Shown in pieces: positions 22,001-31,482 of a DNA stretch of 55,958 nucleotides. Position 1 is the stretch's first letter, and every line of letters starts with the position of its first letter. Origin of the DNA: Prorocentrum cordatum (lineage: Eukaryota). A program made the translations under genes and the position numbers. The stretch is from NCBI GenBank assembly GCA_963575745.1, contig CAUYUJ010000122.1, positions 62,001 through 117,958 of the forward strand. Reading direction: 5' to 3'. Below the pieces are notes generated by a model. That model saw only the letters and a list, made by a program, of their open reading frames with translations. It did no database searches and was not told the DNA's origin.

Positions 22001-25000
22001 GAGACCCATCGCCTTGCTAGGCGGATTCCTTCGGATATGGACAAAGGTGCGGCGGGCACAGATGCAGCAGTGGGAGGGCGAGCATGACCTGCCGTGCTTC
22101 CACAACGCGAGCGGCAGGACGGCCGAGAGGGCCGTCTGGGATCAGGCCGTCTACCAGGAGTGGGCCCTCAAGGTAGGCATGGTCACGGCCTCGAACCAGC
22201 TCGACATGACCAAGGCCTACGAGAGAGTGGGCCACCAGACGCTCTGGGACGAGGGCTGCGCGAGTGGCGCCAACCTGGTGCTGCTACGCGCTAGCATCAG
22301 CATCTATGCAGGCCCACGGCGGTGCAAGGTAGACGGCGCGGTCTCGTGCGTGGTCGAGCTGGCCTGCAGCATCTTGGCGGGTTGCGGCTTCGCGACATCA
22401 TGGCTGAAGGTCCTCATGTTCCGCAGCCTGCGGCTCTTTGGCGACATGTACCAGTGCATCCAGCTGTCCGCCTTCGTCGATGACATCACCGTCCTCTGCG
22501 TCGGGTCGCAGCGCTTCCTGCTCAAGGTAGCGGCGGACGGCTTGCAGTACCTTATCGAGCTCCTCCGCAAACTGGGCTTTGAGGTCAACGGCTCGAAGTC
22601 CACCATCGTGATCACCTCGGCGTACGCTGGCAAGTGGATCGCAGACAGGGTGTACACGCACACGGCGCAGCGGATCCAGGTAAAGCAGCACCACCGCAAC
22701 CTGGGCGTAGACTCGATGGTGGGGACGAAGCGGCGCACCAAGGTCATGGACGCGAACTTCGACAAGCAGCGGCGCCGCCTTGGACGGGTCACGTGCCTCA
22801 AGCGCCAGGGCGCCGAGTCGGGCAAGGTGGGCAAGATGGGCATGCAGCCCGCCATGACGTATGGCACCAGCGTGCCCGGCCGCAGCGACTCGCGGTTGCA
22901 CAAGATCAGGGCGGCGGTCGGCGCAGCGATGTTCACCGACACGGCGAGACGCTCGCTCACGCTGTCCTTCATGCTGGAGAGGGGCAAGCAGGACCCAGCC
23001 TACGCCGTCAACGCGGCGCCGCTGGTGGAGTGGGCGAAGGCGGTCTGGACCAAGCGCATCCCCACCCACATTCTCCAGGGAGCCCTGGACCGAGCCGAGG
23101 CGACTCAGAGGAACAAGCTGCGCCCACGGGCCGCCGTGGTCGGACCAGCGGGTGCGATGCTTGCCACGGCCAGGAGGATAGGCTGGCAGGTTGTCTCCGC
23201 CAGCCGGTGGATCTCCCACGACGGCGAGGGGCTGGAGTTGAGCGAAAGCGTGGGGCCACGGTCGATCAAGGGATTGCTAGATTCAGCCATTGTGAAGTGG
23301 CAGTATGCTCAGATAAGTGCGCATGAGGGGCTGGATCACCTTAAGGACGGCATCCACCTGGAGCCAGTGCGCGAGGTCATCCGCAACCTCGAGAAGCACG
23401 GCCTGAAGCAGGAGGCGCGCGGCTTGCGCTCCACCGTCATTGGGGCGCAGTGGCCCCAGCAGCAGCTGCACGACGAGGGCCTTGCCGACTCCCCACTGCG
23501 CCAGCGCTGCGGCGAGGCCCCTGGCACGCTCCCTCACCGCCACGGTGCATGTGTGGCGTGGGCGCGTGAGCGCAGGGAGAGCGAGATCGGCCAGGTCCAC
23601 TTCCCCGAGGGCGCGCTCACCGCGCTGCAGCAGGCGTTCTGGGGCAGGTGCCTGCTGCCCAACTGGACCGCGGGGCCGAGGCCGTCGCGAGCGTGGCACA
23701 CGGTATGGGGCATAGAGGTGCCAGGAGGTTTCTTCATGGACGACGGCTTCGTGGACGGATCGGGACGCTGCCTCGCAGGCCCAGACGACATGCGGGTGGG
23801 CTTCGGCTGCGCGTCAGTGGACCACCTCGGGCGGGTCACGGGAGCGTGCCACGGGCCGTCTCCTGGCTGGCTGCAGGAGGTGGGCGAGGGCGAGCTCTTC
23901 GCGGTGGAGGCCATGCTGCAGCACGCCGTTCCCCCGTTCACCGTCTACAGCGACTACCAGGACCTGCTCGACGGCATCGCCGCAGGGCCAGCTGCTTGCT
24001 GCGCGCCTGGCAAGGCCTATGCCGAGCAGTGGAGGAGGATCTGGCGGCTCATCCAGGACATCGGGCAGGACCAGCTCCAGTTCCGCAAGGTCAAGGCTCA
24101 TCAGGACATCACCCAGCTCGCCTACGGCTCGGTGGAGCGCCGCCTCGCGCTGGGCAACAACGCCGCCGACTCCGAGGCCAAGATGGGAGCGGCCTGCCAT
24201 CCATGCAGCTCTCAGGTCGAGGCGGAGCGCTTCGCCTCACAGCAGGAGGCAGTGGGGCGCATGGCGGGCTGGGTGGGCCAGGTGTGCGCGCTAGCCAACG
24301 GCGGCCCGAGGGACGCCACGGGCAAGCAGCTGCTGACGAGGGCCCCGCGGCACGAGGAGCAGCACGGCATGGTGCGTGCCAAGCGCCGCCGTACGCAGCC
24401 ACGCGGGCAGCCGAGGCCCGTGCCCAGAGGAGTCGACGCGATCCCGATCACGGATCACGACGACCGCGATGGCGACACCAGCGGAGGCAGGTCGCCCCAG
24501 CGCGGGCCTGCGGTGCTGGCGGCGGCGGCGCTCGCGGCTGCAGGCTGGAGTACTGGCCTGGCGGGAGGCTCCGACGACGAGCCCGACGGCGAGGGCCTGG
24601 CCCAGCGTGGTGGCGGAAGCGGCAGGGTCGCAGCAGACCATGCGCCGCCCCGCTGGGCCCAGCAGCTGGCGACGAGGCAGGCATGCGGCGGCGACCCCGA
24701 CGGCATGGCGGACGGTGGCGGGTCACCGACACCAGAGGGCGGCTGGGCAGCGCTGGACGCCCAGCAGGGCGGCCAGGACAGCGGCAGGCAGGCCGTCCAC
24801 GGTGGTGAGGACAGCGACGACGCGCCGCTGATGCAGCCGCCCAGGAGACAGGCGCCCCCCCGCAGGCAGCAGCTCTTCACAGCGAAGGGCGTGCTGGCTC
24901 GAGGCGGCGACAAGCGGCCCCGCGAGGCCGAGGCGCGGCAGGCAGCGCAGGAGGCGGGCAGCAGCCAGGCGGATGGCAGGACCGCCAGCCAGGACGGCGT

Positions 25001-25481
25001 CGGTCGCCGTGTGGCGGCGAGGATGCAGCGCGAGCGCGGGCCACAGCTCTTCATGCCCGACGACGTAGGCAGCGCGGAGGGTCAGCCGCTGCGGCGCCGC
25101 TCGCAGTGGGTCGGCAGCACCAGCGCATTGCCGTTCGCATGCGACCGCTGCGGGGTGCGCTGCAGGGGCCGCGCCCAGCTGGAGGCGGGGCTGTGCCGCG
25201 GGACGCCTGCCGCTGTGCTGGCGGCCGACGCGTCGCACCGCCTGATGACCATGGGCGACGTGGTGTTCTGCTGCTCCTGCGGGGCAAGGACTGGAGGAGG
25301 TGCGGCCATCCTGCTGGCGGAGAAGTGCCTGGGGAAGGTCGCCAACAGCACGGCTGGCACAAGGCTGAACAGGATGAAGGCGGGGAAGCACCCGCTCACG
25401 GGCCGCCTCATCGGCGAGCCCGTCCCGCTGGTGGCGCGCGACGAGGCGGCCCCAGCGGGGGCGGCGCTGACGACGGCGTGA
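19053..25481 (+). CDS. Retrotransposon ORF2 polyprotein (2142 aa from ATG 19053): APE endonuclease, reverse transcriptase, RNase H, Cys-rich C-terminus
   Basis: APE motifs ITANG, GQETH, NVY, IIGGDFN, LDY, DHRPV (~20290-20960). RT motifs KKEGGVRPIALL, LDMTKAYERV, FVDD (22473-22484), NLGV. RNase H motifs FVDGS, GELFAV, VYSDY, KVKAH, GNNAADSEAK (~23745-24183). The start is inferred from the ATG 10 nt after the ORF1 stop; the frame is open back to ATG 17712. Confidence 0.93.
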   Translation: MASLSESNSTVVAPDLVQEDAWEAEDEAARHLLGEAATAAGSRSAAVTSERGLKSPPRGTGSPLPLQVDCDWNAVALEQARPVEQVAPRPRGPAGQVVSRPRLEAEAALAALESEALEQPRPVGQRAPRPRGPAGQVDSRPRGEAEAALADLEGAAPPALLVHSVVAAASGGARGAGPARHGSVAVGAPDQGHSLFGVQAGTGYNDGAAALNATPAPMRDGAQAAPPYEMLDGARVPAGLVFVEGHVEEPHAAQQRARTASQFVDLVLELIGEIVLYLKRVGLLAVEDLGSDQHFIKDTNYSNAFLQVGQDGLLDMQVASEEERRRVRVLTAPLPILPATLERRKAAPEVARAKQVAEPAAEGTDPSGHALLTAGRATRTAESADPSGHALLTVRAARRRVAKPKKPKIDHTLAITANGTTWSSLTDLLLDVEGRRADIFLGQETHLFGAEACATQEDWAKRAKWNLQLDPAVPTGRGGTSGGLCMAAQPWRGLASYPCVSTRFSIARGRVQLRCWKGWLPGGVVVANVYLHHSEGMTDRNRLLVNLLARELKRLARPFIIGGDFNMHPTELAKSGFFEKLMAEPIFTQEATLGDLAEGSVLDYWVLPKALVPRVESCFVIHTTTIKDHRPVGLRLKNGAIEDTITVHKTPASFPTTRPIGPGREVVTSWGAAVAALGETEGCQEALANGFAAFMKGAEEELGSLFHIPLDDMPRYTGRGLEPRFIKVHPTRRNNAAVAKASPEARQALWLHDRLLELQRAYERGEPRHRQAAKRLLDTLEHWNGSLKKAQDWHFFEAYWQRLRELTIDDLAELAEQAQSVSVRLSRDFERARCRSFDAWAKQATLNGAGLAHKWTRGPAGAGPGLLANGVAADVQDAADKFCADWLQQVWNVREPMKDTSWGEIKHRVMDAPSVEAIRAASRKFKHRTALGSDAFHPRWFAMLSNEALEFLGQLMVYMERVGNQWKQLTTIIVFLAKKEGGVRPIALLGGFLRIWTKVRRAQMQQWEGEHDLPCFHNASGRTAERAVWDQAVYQEWALKVGMVTASNQLDMTKAYERVGHQTLWDEGCASGANLVLLRASISIYAGPRRCKVDGAVSCVVELACSILAGCGFATSWLKVLMFRSLRLFGDMYQCIQLSAFVDDITVLCVGSQRFLLKVAADGLQYLIELLRKLGFEVNGSKSTIVITSAYAGKWIADRVYTHTAQRIQVKQHHRNLGVDSMVGTKRRTKVMDANFDKQRRRLGRVTCLKRQGAESGKVGKMGMQPAMTYGTSVPGRSDSRLHKIRAAVGAAMFTDTARRSLTLSFMLERGKQDPAYAVNAAPLVEWAKAVWTKRIPTHILQGALDRAEATQRNKLRPRAAVVGPAGAMLATARRIGWQVVSASRWISHDGEGLELSESVGPRSIKGLLDSAIVKWQYAQISAHEGLDHLKDGIHLEPVREVIRNLEKHGLKQEARGLRSTVIGAQWPQQQLHDEGLADSPLRQRCGEAPGTLPHRHGACVAWARERRESEIGQVHFPEGALTALQQAFWGRCLLPNWTAGPRPSRAWHTVWGIEVPGGFFMDDGFVDGSGRCLAGPDDMRVGFGCASVDHLGRVTGACHGPSPGWLQEVGEGELFAVEAMLQHAVPPFTVYSDYQDLLDGIAAGPAACCAPGKAYAEQWRRIWRLIQDIGQDQLQFRKVKAHQDITQLAYGSVERRLALGNNAADSEAKMGAACHPCSSQVEAERFASQQEAVGRMAGWVGQVCALANGGPRDATGKQLLTRAPRHEEQHGMVRAKRRRTQPRGQPRPVPRGVDAIPITDHDDRDGDTSGGRSPQRGPAVLAAAALAAAGWSTGLAGGSDDEPDGEGLAQRGGGSGRVAADHAPPRWAQQLATRQACGGDPDGMADGGGSPTPEGGWAALDAQQGGQDSGRQAVHGGEDSDDAPLMQPPRRQAPPRRQQLFTAKGVLARGGDKRPREAEARQAAQEAGSSQADGRTASQDGVGRRVAARMQRERGPQLFMPDDVGSAEGQPLRRRSQWVGSTSALPFACDRCGVRCRGRAQLEAGLCRGTPAAVLAADASHRLMTMGDVVFCCSCGARTGGGAAILLAEKCLGKVANSTAGTRLNRMKAGKHPLTGRLIGEPVPLVARDEAAPAGAALTTA

Positions 25482-28400
25482 TGATCGAGGGCGGCGTGCC
25501 GCCCAGCTCGGGCGCTGCTGCGGCCGTTCGGCCAGCTGGACGGCGGCGGGTGGGAGCTGGGCGGCGCGCGGCCACAGGCGCAGCGCGGCGGCGGCCAGCG
25601 CCGTGCCGCGCGTGCGCCGCGGGGGGCTGGCGGCTGCGGCCGTAGGCCCGTGCTCGCCCGCGCGGCGGCGGCGGACGGCGCCGTGCCGCGAGGGCGTGCC
25701 GCGCCCGCGGCGGGGCGGCGGGGGTCGTCGCGCCGCGCGGCGCTCGGACGGCGCGCCGAGACAGACGGCCCGCCGCGCAGGGTGTGCGCGCTCCTCCTCC
25801 TTCTCGTCCTCCTCCTCCTCCTCGCCCTCCTCCTCCCTCATGCTCCTCCTCCTCCCCCTCCCCCCCTCCTCCTCCTCCCCCTCCTCCTCCTCCTCCTTCT
25901 CCTCCTTTTCTCGCCTCCTCCTCCCTCATGCTCCTCCTCCTCCTCCTCCTCCTCGTCCTCCTCCTCGTCCTCCTCCTCGTCCTCCTCCTCCCCCTCGCCC
26001 TCCCCCTTCTCCTCTTTCTCCTCCTCCTCCTCCTCCTCGTCCTCCTCCTTGTCCTCCTCCTCCTCCTCCTCGTCCTCCTCCGTTTTCCAGGCTGTCATGG
26101 CTCGTCTGGGCAACTCTTTGCGAACGGATTGAACCGCCGCCTCGGGTCATCTTTGGGCCGCCTGATGACACGTGGAACGCTCCTAGCGCCGTCCGGCGAG
26201 CGTACTGGGAGCATTTTGCGGGGGCCAGGACTGGGTTGACGAACGTATGCTTCCCATCCTCCCCCTCCGCAATTGCGCGATGTTGCCGCCTCAGGAGGGG
26301 AGATCTGCGCATACGGGAAACGTCCCACGCGTCTGGTGCGTGAGAAGACATGGGATGTGTGTGTGCGTCCTTGACATTCGCGTGTATGAAATGGATGGCC
26401 GCTCAGAAGACGAGATTATTCTCATGAGTGCAGTCCACTTGATCTCTCGATCGTGTGAGCTGACTGCAACTCCGTCCACTCATCTTTGGGAGTCTTCCGA
26501 TTTCATCTCCAGCTTTAGTGGGTAGAGCGCCCAGTCGTACAGAAGCAGTGGGCAGAGGTGAACAGGATGAGCCGAGGAGACTCTACGTGGCATGCAGACT
26601 TCGGGCCTGGATCCTTTCATGTCCGCTCCAAGGTGTCGGCCGAGTCGCCAGAGGACTCGTCGGAGGACTTGCTGGCGATGTCGGAGGCTGCTCCTCTCAA
26701 GCCATGGCAGATGCGCCGTCATGTGAACTGAGTTCCGAGAATGGCTTGCAGAGCACTTTGAGGCACCATACTGTGCTGCACTGTTCTCTGTGCTCCATAC
26801 TTGGTGAAGCGGAGGCGGCTGGGGTGCACTACTACACTGTGTGTGTGTGTTCCCATCCTTCCCGCGTTGCTGAATCCCCGCTGTCTCTCCGCTGAGCCGC
26901 GCGCCCGCCTCTCCTTTCACGCCTCCCGCCCCCTCTCTTCCCATTCATGTCGCTGCCTCTGCGCTGCCTGCTGCATGCCGAGGCTGCGCTGCCGTTGCCG
27001 CGCACACCTCGCGCAGCTCGTGCCCAATGGGGAGCTCCATCTGCGGCGCAGGCGGGGGCGCCCGCATGGCGCCACCCCGATTTCGGCGTGGATCGTGCCC
27101 CATAGGGAGCTCCAGCTCCGGCTCCAGTGCGGGCGCCCTCATCGCGCTCAGTTCTTACATTCCCGCGCACCCCCTTCCGTGCTACTTTTGGCGAGGGCCT
27201 TTCCGTGCCCATTGCTGGCGCGTCCTCCCGTTCACTTGAAGGCGCTTGGAAGAAAAGGGGAACTGCATCAGCGCAGGAAGGCGGGAATGTAACCACCAAA
27301 CATGCTCACTGGATTGGGGCCTCACGATCTTGCAGAATGCGCACATGGGCGTCATGGCACCGCGAGAGCGAGACGCACACGTCTGTCGGAAAGGTGTTTT
27401 GTCATACGTGCGCCCGTGCGTACTTGTACGCAGTAGATGCACACGTGCGTACGTGTCCTTCCATGCGTACCGTTCACAGGTGTGCGTACGCATGTGCTTG
27501 AACACTTGGAACACGCCATCGGCCGTTCGAGTCATTCACCTTGGTCCTTTGAGCTTCGTGTTCAACTGGGGTGATACATCTACATGAATAGAAAGTGAAA
27601 GAGAGGGGATAGAAGGAGAGACAGAGCGAGATAGATAGAGCGAGTGTGTGTGTGTGTGAGTGAATGAGAGAGAGAGGGAGAGAGAGACTGATTGGCAGAC
27701 TGACTGACAGACAGGCATGCCGACAACTACTGGTGACAAATCATTGCTCGTCGTCGTTCTCATCGTTTTCCCCCTGTGTTACCTTTACCCTTTCCTCATA
27801 TAGTCTATTCCTTTTCCTCGTTCTCGCCCTGCCCTGCGAACTCTTCCCTGTCCCCATTGCCGTTTTTTGTTGCGGAGGTGCTCCTTGAAGGGCTCCTTGG
27901 GAGCATCACGGAAGCTTGTCGAGGCCCTCTGAAGGCCTCCTTGGCGCCTCTTGGGGTCTCTAGGGGTTTGTCGGGGCCACCTCGCTGCCAACCGCGGTCT
28001 CCCTCAACGATGGGGTCAATCTTGGGAGAGCTTTGTGTGGCGTGTTGGGACCATCTTGGGGCTCTGTTGGACCGTCTTTGGGCTCTCTTCGATTTTGCTG
28101 GAGGCCATTTGGCGCGTTCGGGGGGATTTTCGGGGCCTCTTAGGCGGTCGCGGCCGTTCAGACGACTGAGGCGCCGAGTATGCCAAAATCGCAGAGCTGG
28201 TTTTCCATGACACTCGCAGTTTCTGCATTTGGATGGCTCCTTGGGGATCTTTCCTGTGGGTCGTCTATGAGCGTCCTGGAGGCGTCTGGGACTGCTTTGG
28301 GCTCCTCAGGGGGCGTCCAGGAGGCCCGGGGCGGCTTGAAGGGGACCAGGAGGAGGAGGAGGAGGAGGAGGAGGAGGAGGAGGAGGAGGAAAAGGAGGAG

Positions 28401-28778
28401 GAGGGAGGAGGAGGAGGAGGAGGTGGAGCAGGAGGAGGAGGAGGAGGAGCAGGATAAGCAGGAGGAGGAGAAGGAGGAGGAGGAGGAGAAGGAGGCGTCT
28501 GGGACTGCTTTGGGCTCCTCGGGGCAGTTTGGCCGCCCTCCAAGGCCGCGCCGCTCCGGGCGTGTCTTTTGAGCCCGGCCGGGGGGGACTTCCGGGAGGC
28601 CGGGAAGGCCGAGGGAACCCTTCGCAGGGGGCGTCCAGGAGGCCCGGGGCGGCTTGAAGGGGGACCAGGAGGAGGAGGAAGATGAGGAGGAGGAGGAGGT
28701 GGAGGAGGAGGAGCAGGAGGAGGAGGAGGAGGAGGAGGAGGAGAGCAGCTGGAGGGGAGGAGGAGGAGGATGAGGAGG

Positions 28779-28780
<2 letters not shown>

Positions 28781-28866
<86 letters not shown>

Positions 28867-28981
28867 GGAGGAGGAGGAGGGAGGGAGGAGGAGGTGCAGG
28901 ATGCAGGATGATGATGATGCTGCTGATGATGATGATGATTGTGATGATGATGCTGATGATGATGATGTTGATGTTGATGTT

Positions 28982-29048
<67 letters not shown>

Positions 29049-29078
29049 GGTGGTGGTGCTGATGATGATGATGATGAT
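28781..29078. repeat. (GAT)n microsatellite blocks
   Basis: Directly visible. Confidence 0.95.
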
Positions 29079-29221
29079 GCGGAGGAGAATAAGAGCGGGA
29101 GCCCCCCCCCCCCCCCCCCGAATTGCGAAAGCATACATCTGTAATAGTACGTATGCGCGTATCTCAGCTTAAGGGCGTGCATGCACATGCAAGCATTGTA
29201 TAATACAAGCCTCTGAAACAT

Positions 29222-29383
29222 AGCGAACACGCATGCCACATTCATCCGAGAACGTCTCCACCTTGCCCCAATGTTCAAAGTTGGCAGTGGGTCTGATGAG
29301 TTGCACTTCGACCGCAGTCTCCCCCGCGCGTGACAACTTTGAGTTTGGGGGAGCGGAGGAGTGTCCACTGATTGTTTCCCCCT
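29222..29383 (+). repeat. ~160-bp dispersed repeat with internal stem-loop; second copy at 31962-32122
   Basis: AGCGAACACGCATGCC...GTGTCCACT(G/A)ATTGTT is shared between copies; TCAAAGTTGGC/GCCAACTTTGA forms a stem. Confidence 0.85.
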
Positions 29384-30076
29384 ACCGTATGCATGCGCGT
29401 TCACGTCCACAACAGACTCCGCATGCGCACACACAGAAACAGACACTGACACAGACACACTCACACACAGACACACACTCACAACACAGAGACACAGACA
29501 CAGACACAGACACGGACATATACACATACGCACACACCCTTGTGCGCATAAACGTTCCCAAATGCACAGTCGCAGGCAGACGCTTGCTTACGCATTGCAG
29601 GCTATCGATGTGCCTTGTGTGCGGTCCGTTTCCGATGATGGTATGCGTTACTGCGATGTCCTCCACACACAGGACAGGACCGCCTTGCGCAGGAGGCTGC
29701 GATCCGATCTGTTTCCGTTTGCAGGTGGGCCTGCCTAGGTGCGACCAATATCAGAGCCACCAACCTCAGAGCCAATATCAGAGCCACCAACTAGGTTTGC
29801 ATGGGGGACCAATATCAGAGCCACCGACCTGCCACCCCGGTCCAGCGGCCTGGGCGCGCCCCGGCTCGAGGGTTCGCAGAGGGGGGGTTCTCCCAAGGTG
29901 GGGTCAGGAAACGAAGGAGGAGGAGGAGGAGGAGGAGGAGGAGGAGGAGGAGGAGGAGGAGGAGGAGGGGGTTATCCCAAGGTGGGGTCAGGAAGCGAGC
30001 TCTGCCAGATGCTCAGATTTTCTTGTCGCTGGAGCCGTTCAGAGCGATCTTCCTCTCAACCCCACCTCCGCCCCTG

Positions 30077-30252
30077 CAGTCGGGCCGAAGAAGGAACCCT
30101 GTTCGTTGGGGAGGGGGTCAGTGCTCCTCAAGTGTTTCACAGTTTGTCTTCGGTGTTCCCTAGGTCTCCAGCGGGAAGTCGAAGCTTTTATCTTGTGGAG
30201 AAAGAGGGGCCTCGTTCCTTGCTTTGGGCTCCTCACGACAGCGTTTCGACGG
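30077..30252 (+). mobile_element. MITE family A, degenerate copy 4
   Basis: Interior AAGAAGGAACCCTGTTCGTTGGGGAGGGG...GGGGCCTCGTTCCTT is conserved; termini are decayed. Confidence 0.75.
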
Positions 30253-30883
30253 CGCCCCAACTTCTTCACGCCCCCCCCGGCCAGAGCGCTGGCCCGCGCG
30301 TCCGAACCAGAGCTCGTGAGCGCGGCCGCGAGGCCAGCGCCGACCCGCCCGGCGCCTCCGAGCTCTCGGCGGCCGCCGGCCGCGGCGCGGCGGCGCAGGC
30401 GGCGCTGGCCCCGCGGCCCGAGCGGGAGCGGCCCTGCTGCTGCCTTCCGCTTTCCTCGTGCGCCGGAGGGCGTCCCCTGGGGCCCCCGTTTGCTCGGGCG
30501 TGCCCGCGTGCCCTGTCGGAATCAGGCGCAAACTTTTCTCGCGACGTGGCGGCGCCCCAGGACCTCAAAATTGTGGACGCCTCGCGTGTCCCCACCAGCC
30601 AGCTTGAACTACCTGACCCTCGGCGTCGTTTTCGCCGGCTGAGCTGCAGCGTAGCCCGCTCCTGCTGCTCAGGCCTAATCGAGCCCGCTGCTAGATAGTT
30701 GCGTGTGTTCGGACGGCGCGCGGTTGGACCGCGACGCTCGCGAAAAAAAAGTGTCCCCACCAGCCCGTCCAGAAACGATGCCCAGGGGATTTTGAGGTGG
30801 TCAGGGAAGTGGGGGAGCATGCAGAAGGACAAAGGGCGGGGGAAGCCGTCCGATACCCCAAGAGGGGGAGGATGGTGGAACGT

Positions 30884-31482
30884 CTGGGGGGCATCTCGGG
30901 TGCCTCCGGGATCCTCTTGAAGCCTCTTGGGGGCCTCTTGGGAGCCTCTCGGAGGCATGTCGGGCGCCTTTTGGGGCCGCCTGGGCGCCTCTAGGGGCCA
31001 TCTTGGGGCGCTCTCGGGAGCCTTAGGAGCTCTCTTGGGGCCATCTTGGAAAATATCGATCAAAGAAGAGGGGAGCTTCAATCCGGGTTCCTCCTCGGGA
31101 GTCCCAGAAGTCGCCTCTTGGTGCGTTCTTGGGGCGCTCTTGGAGCGCTCTTGGGCGCTCTTCGGGCCGTCTTGAGGCTCTTTTGGGCCTCTCCTAGGGC
31201 CCGCTTGGGCCATCTTGGAGCCATCTTGAGGCCTCGGATTGCCATCGGAAGCGAACAAACAGCAACAAACATTGATATGCATCCGGTTTTTGAAGGATTT
31301 GGGCCTCTTGGGGAACTCCTGGAGGTCTCGGAGGCCTCTGGGAGCCGTCTTGGAGCGTTCTCGTGGCTTCTTGGAGCATCTTGAAGGCCATCTTGAGGCA
31401 TCTGGCGCTATCTTGAGCCATTTTGGAAGTCATCTTGCGCTTTCCGAGGCCCTCTTGGAGCCGTCTTGGGCCATCTTGGACG
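30884..31482 (+). repeat. Degenerate TCTTGG/GGCC-rich short-period repeat block (also ~3380-3520, 27885-28150, 42660-43270)
   Basis: Recurrent (C/A/G)TCTTGG(G/A)G motif at roughly 11-bp spacing; all blocks read on the + strand. Confidence 0.75.

Larger units (their letters stand above)
17690..25790 (+). mobile_element. Apparently full-length two-ORF non-LTR retrotransposon (APE-RT-RNase H type), about 8.1 kb
   Basis: SL at the 5' end, intact ORF1 and ORF2, ~309-nt 3' UTR, (CCT)n on both flanks. Candidate target-site duplication CTCCTCCTCCTTC(TC) at 17677-17691 and 25791-25805 is low complexity, so the 3' boundary is tentative. Confidence 0.9.

Noticed and set aside
26250..26830. Degenerate RT or gene fragment
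   Set aside because: No convincing ordered motifs in any frame.
29292..29330. Hammerhead ribozyme in the 160-bp repeat
   Set aside because: No GAAA after stem II in either copy.
29744..29826. Regulatory CCAAT array or CRISPR-like repeat (CCAATATCAGAGCCACC x3)
   Set aside because: Only a short irregular tandem duplication with no supporting context.
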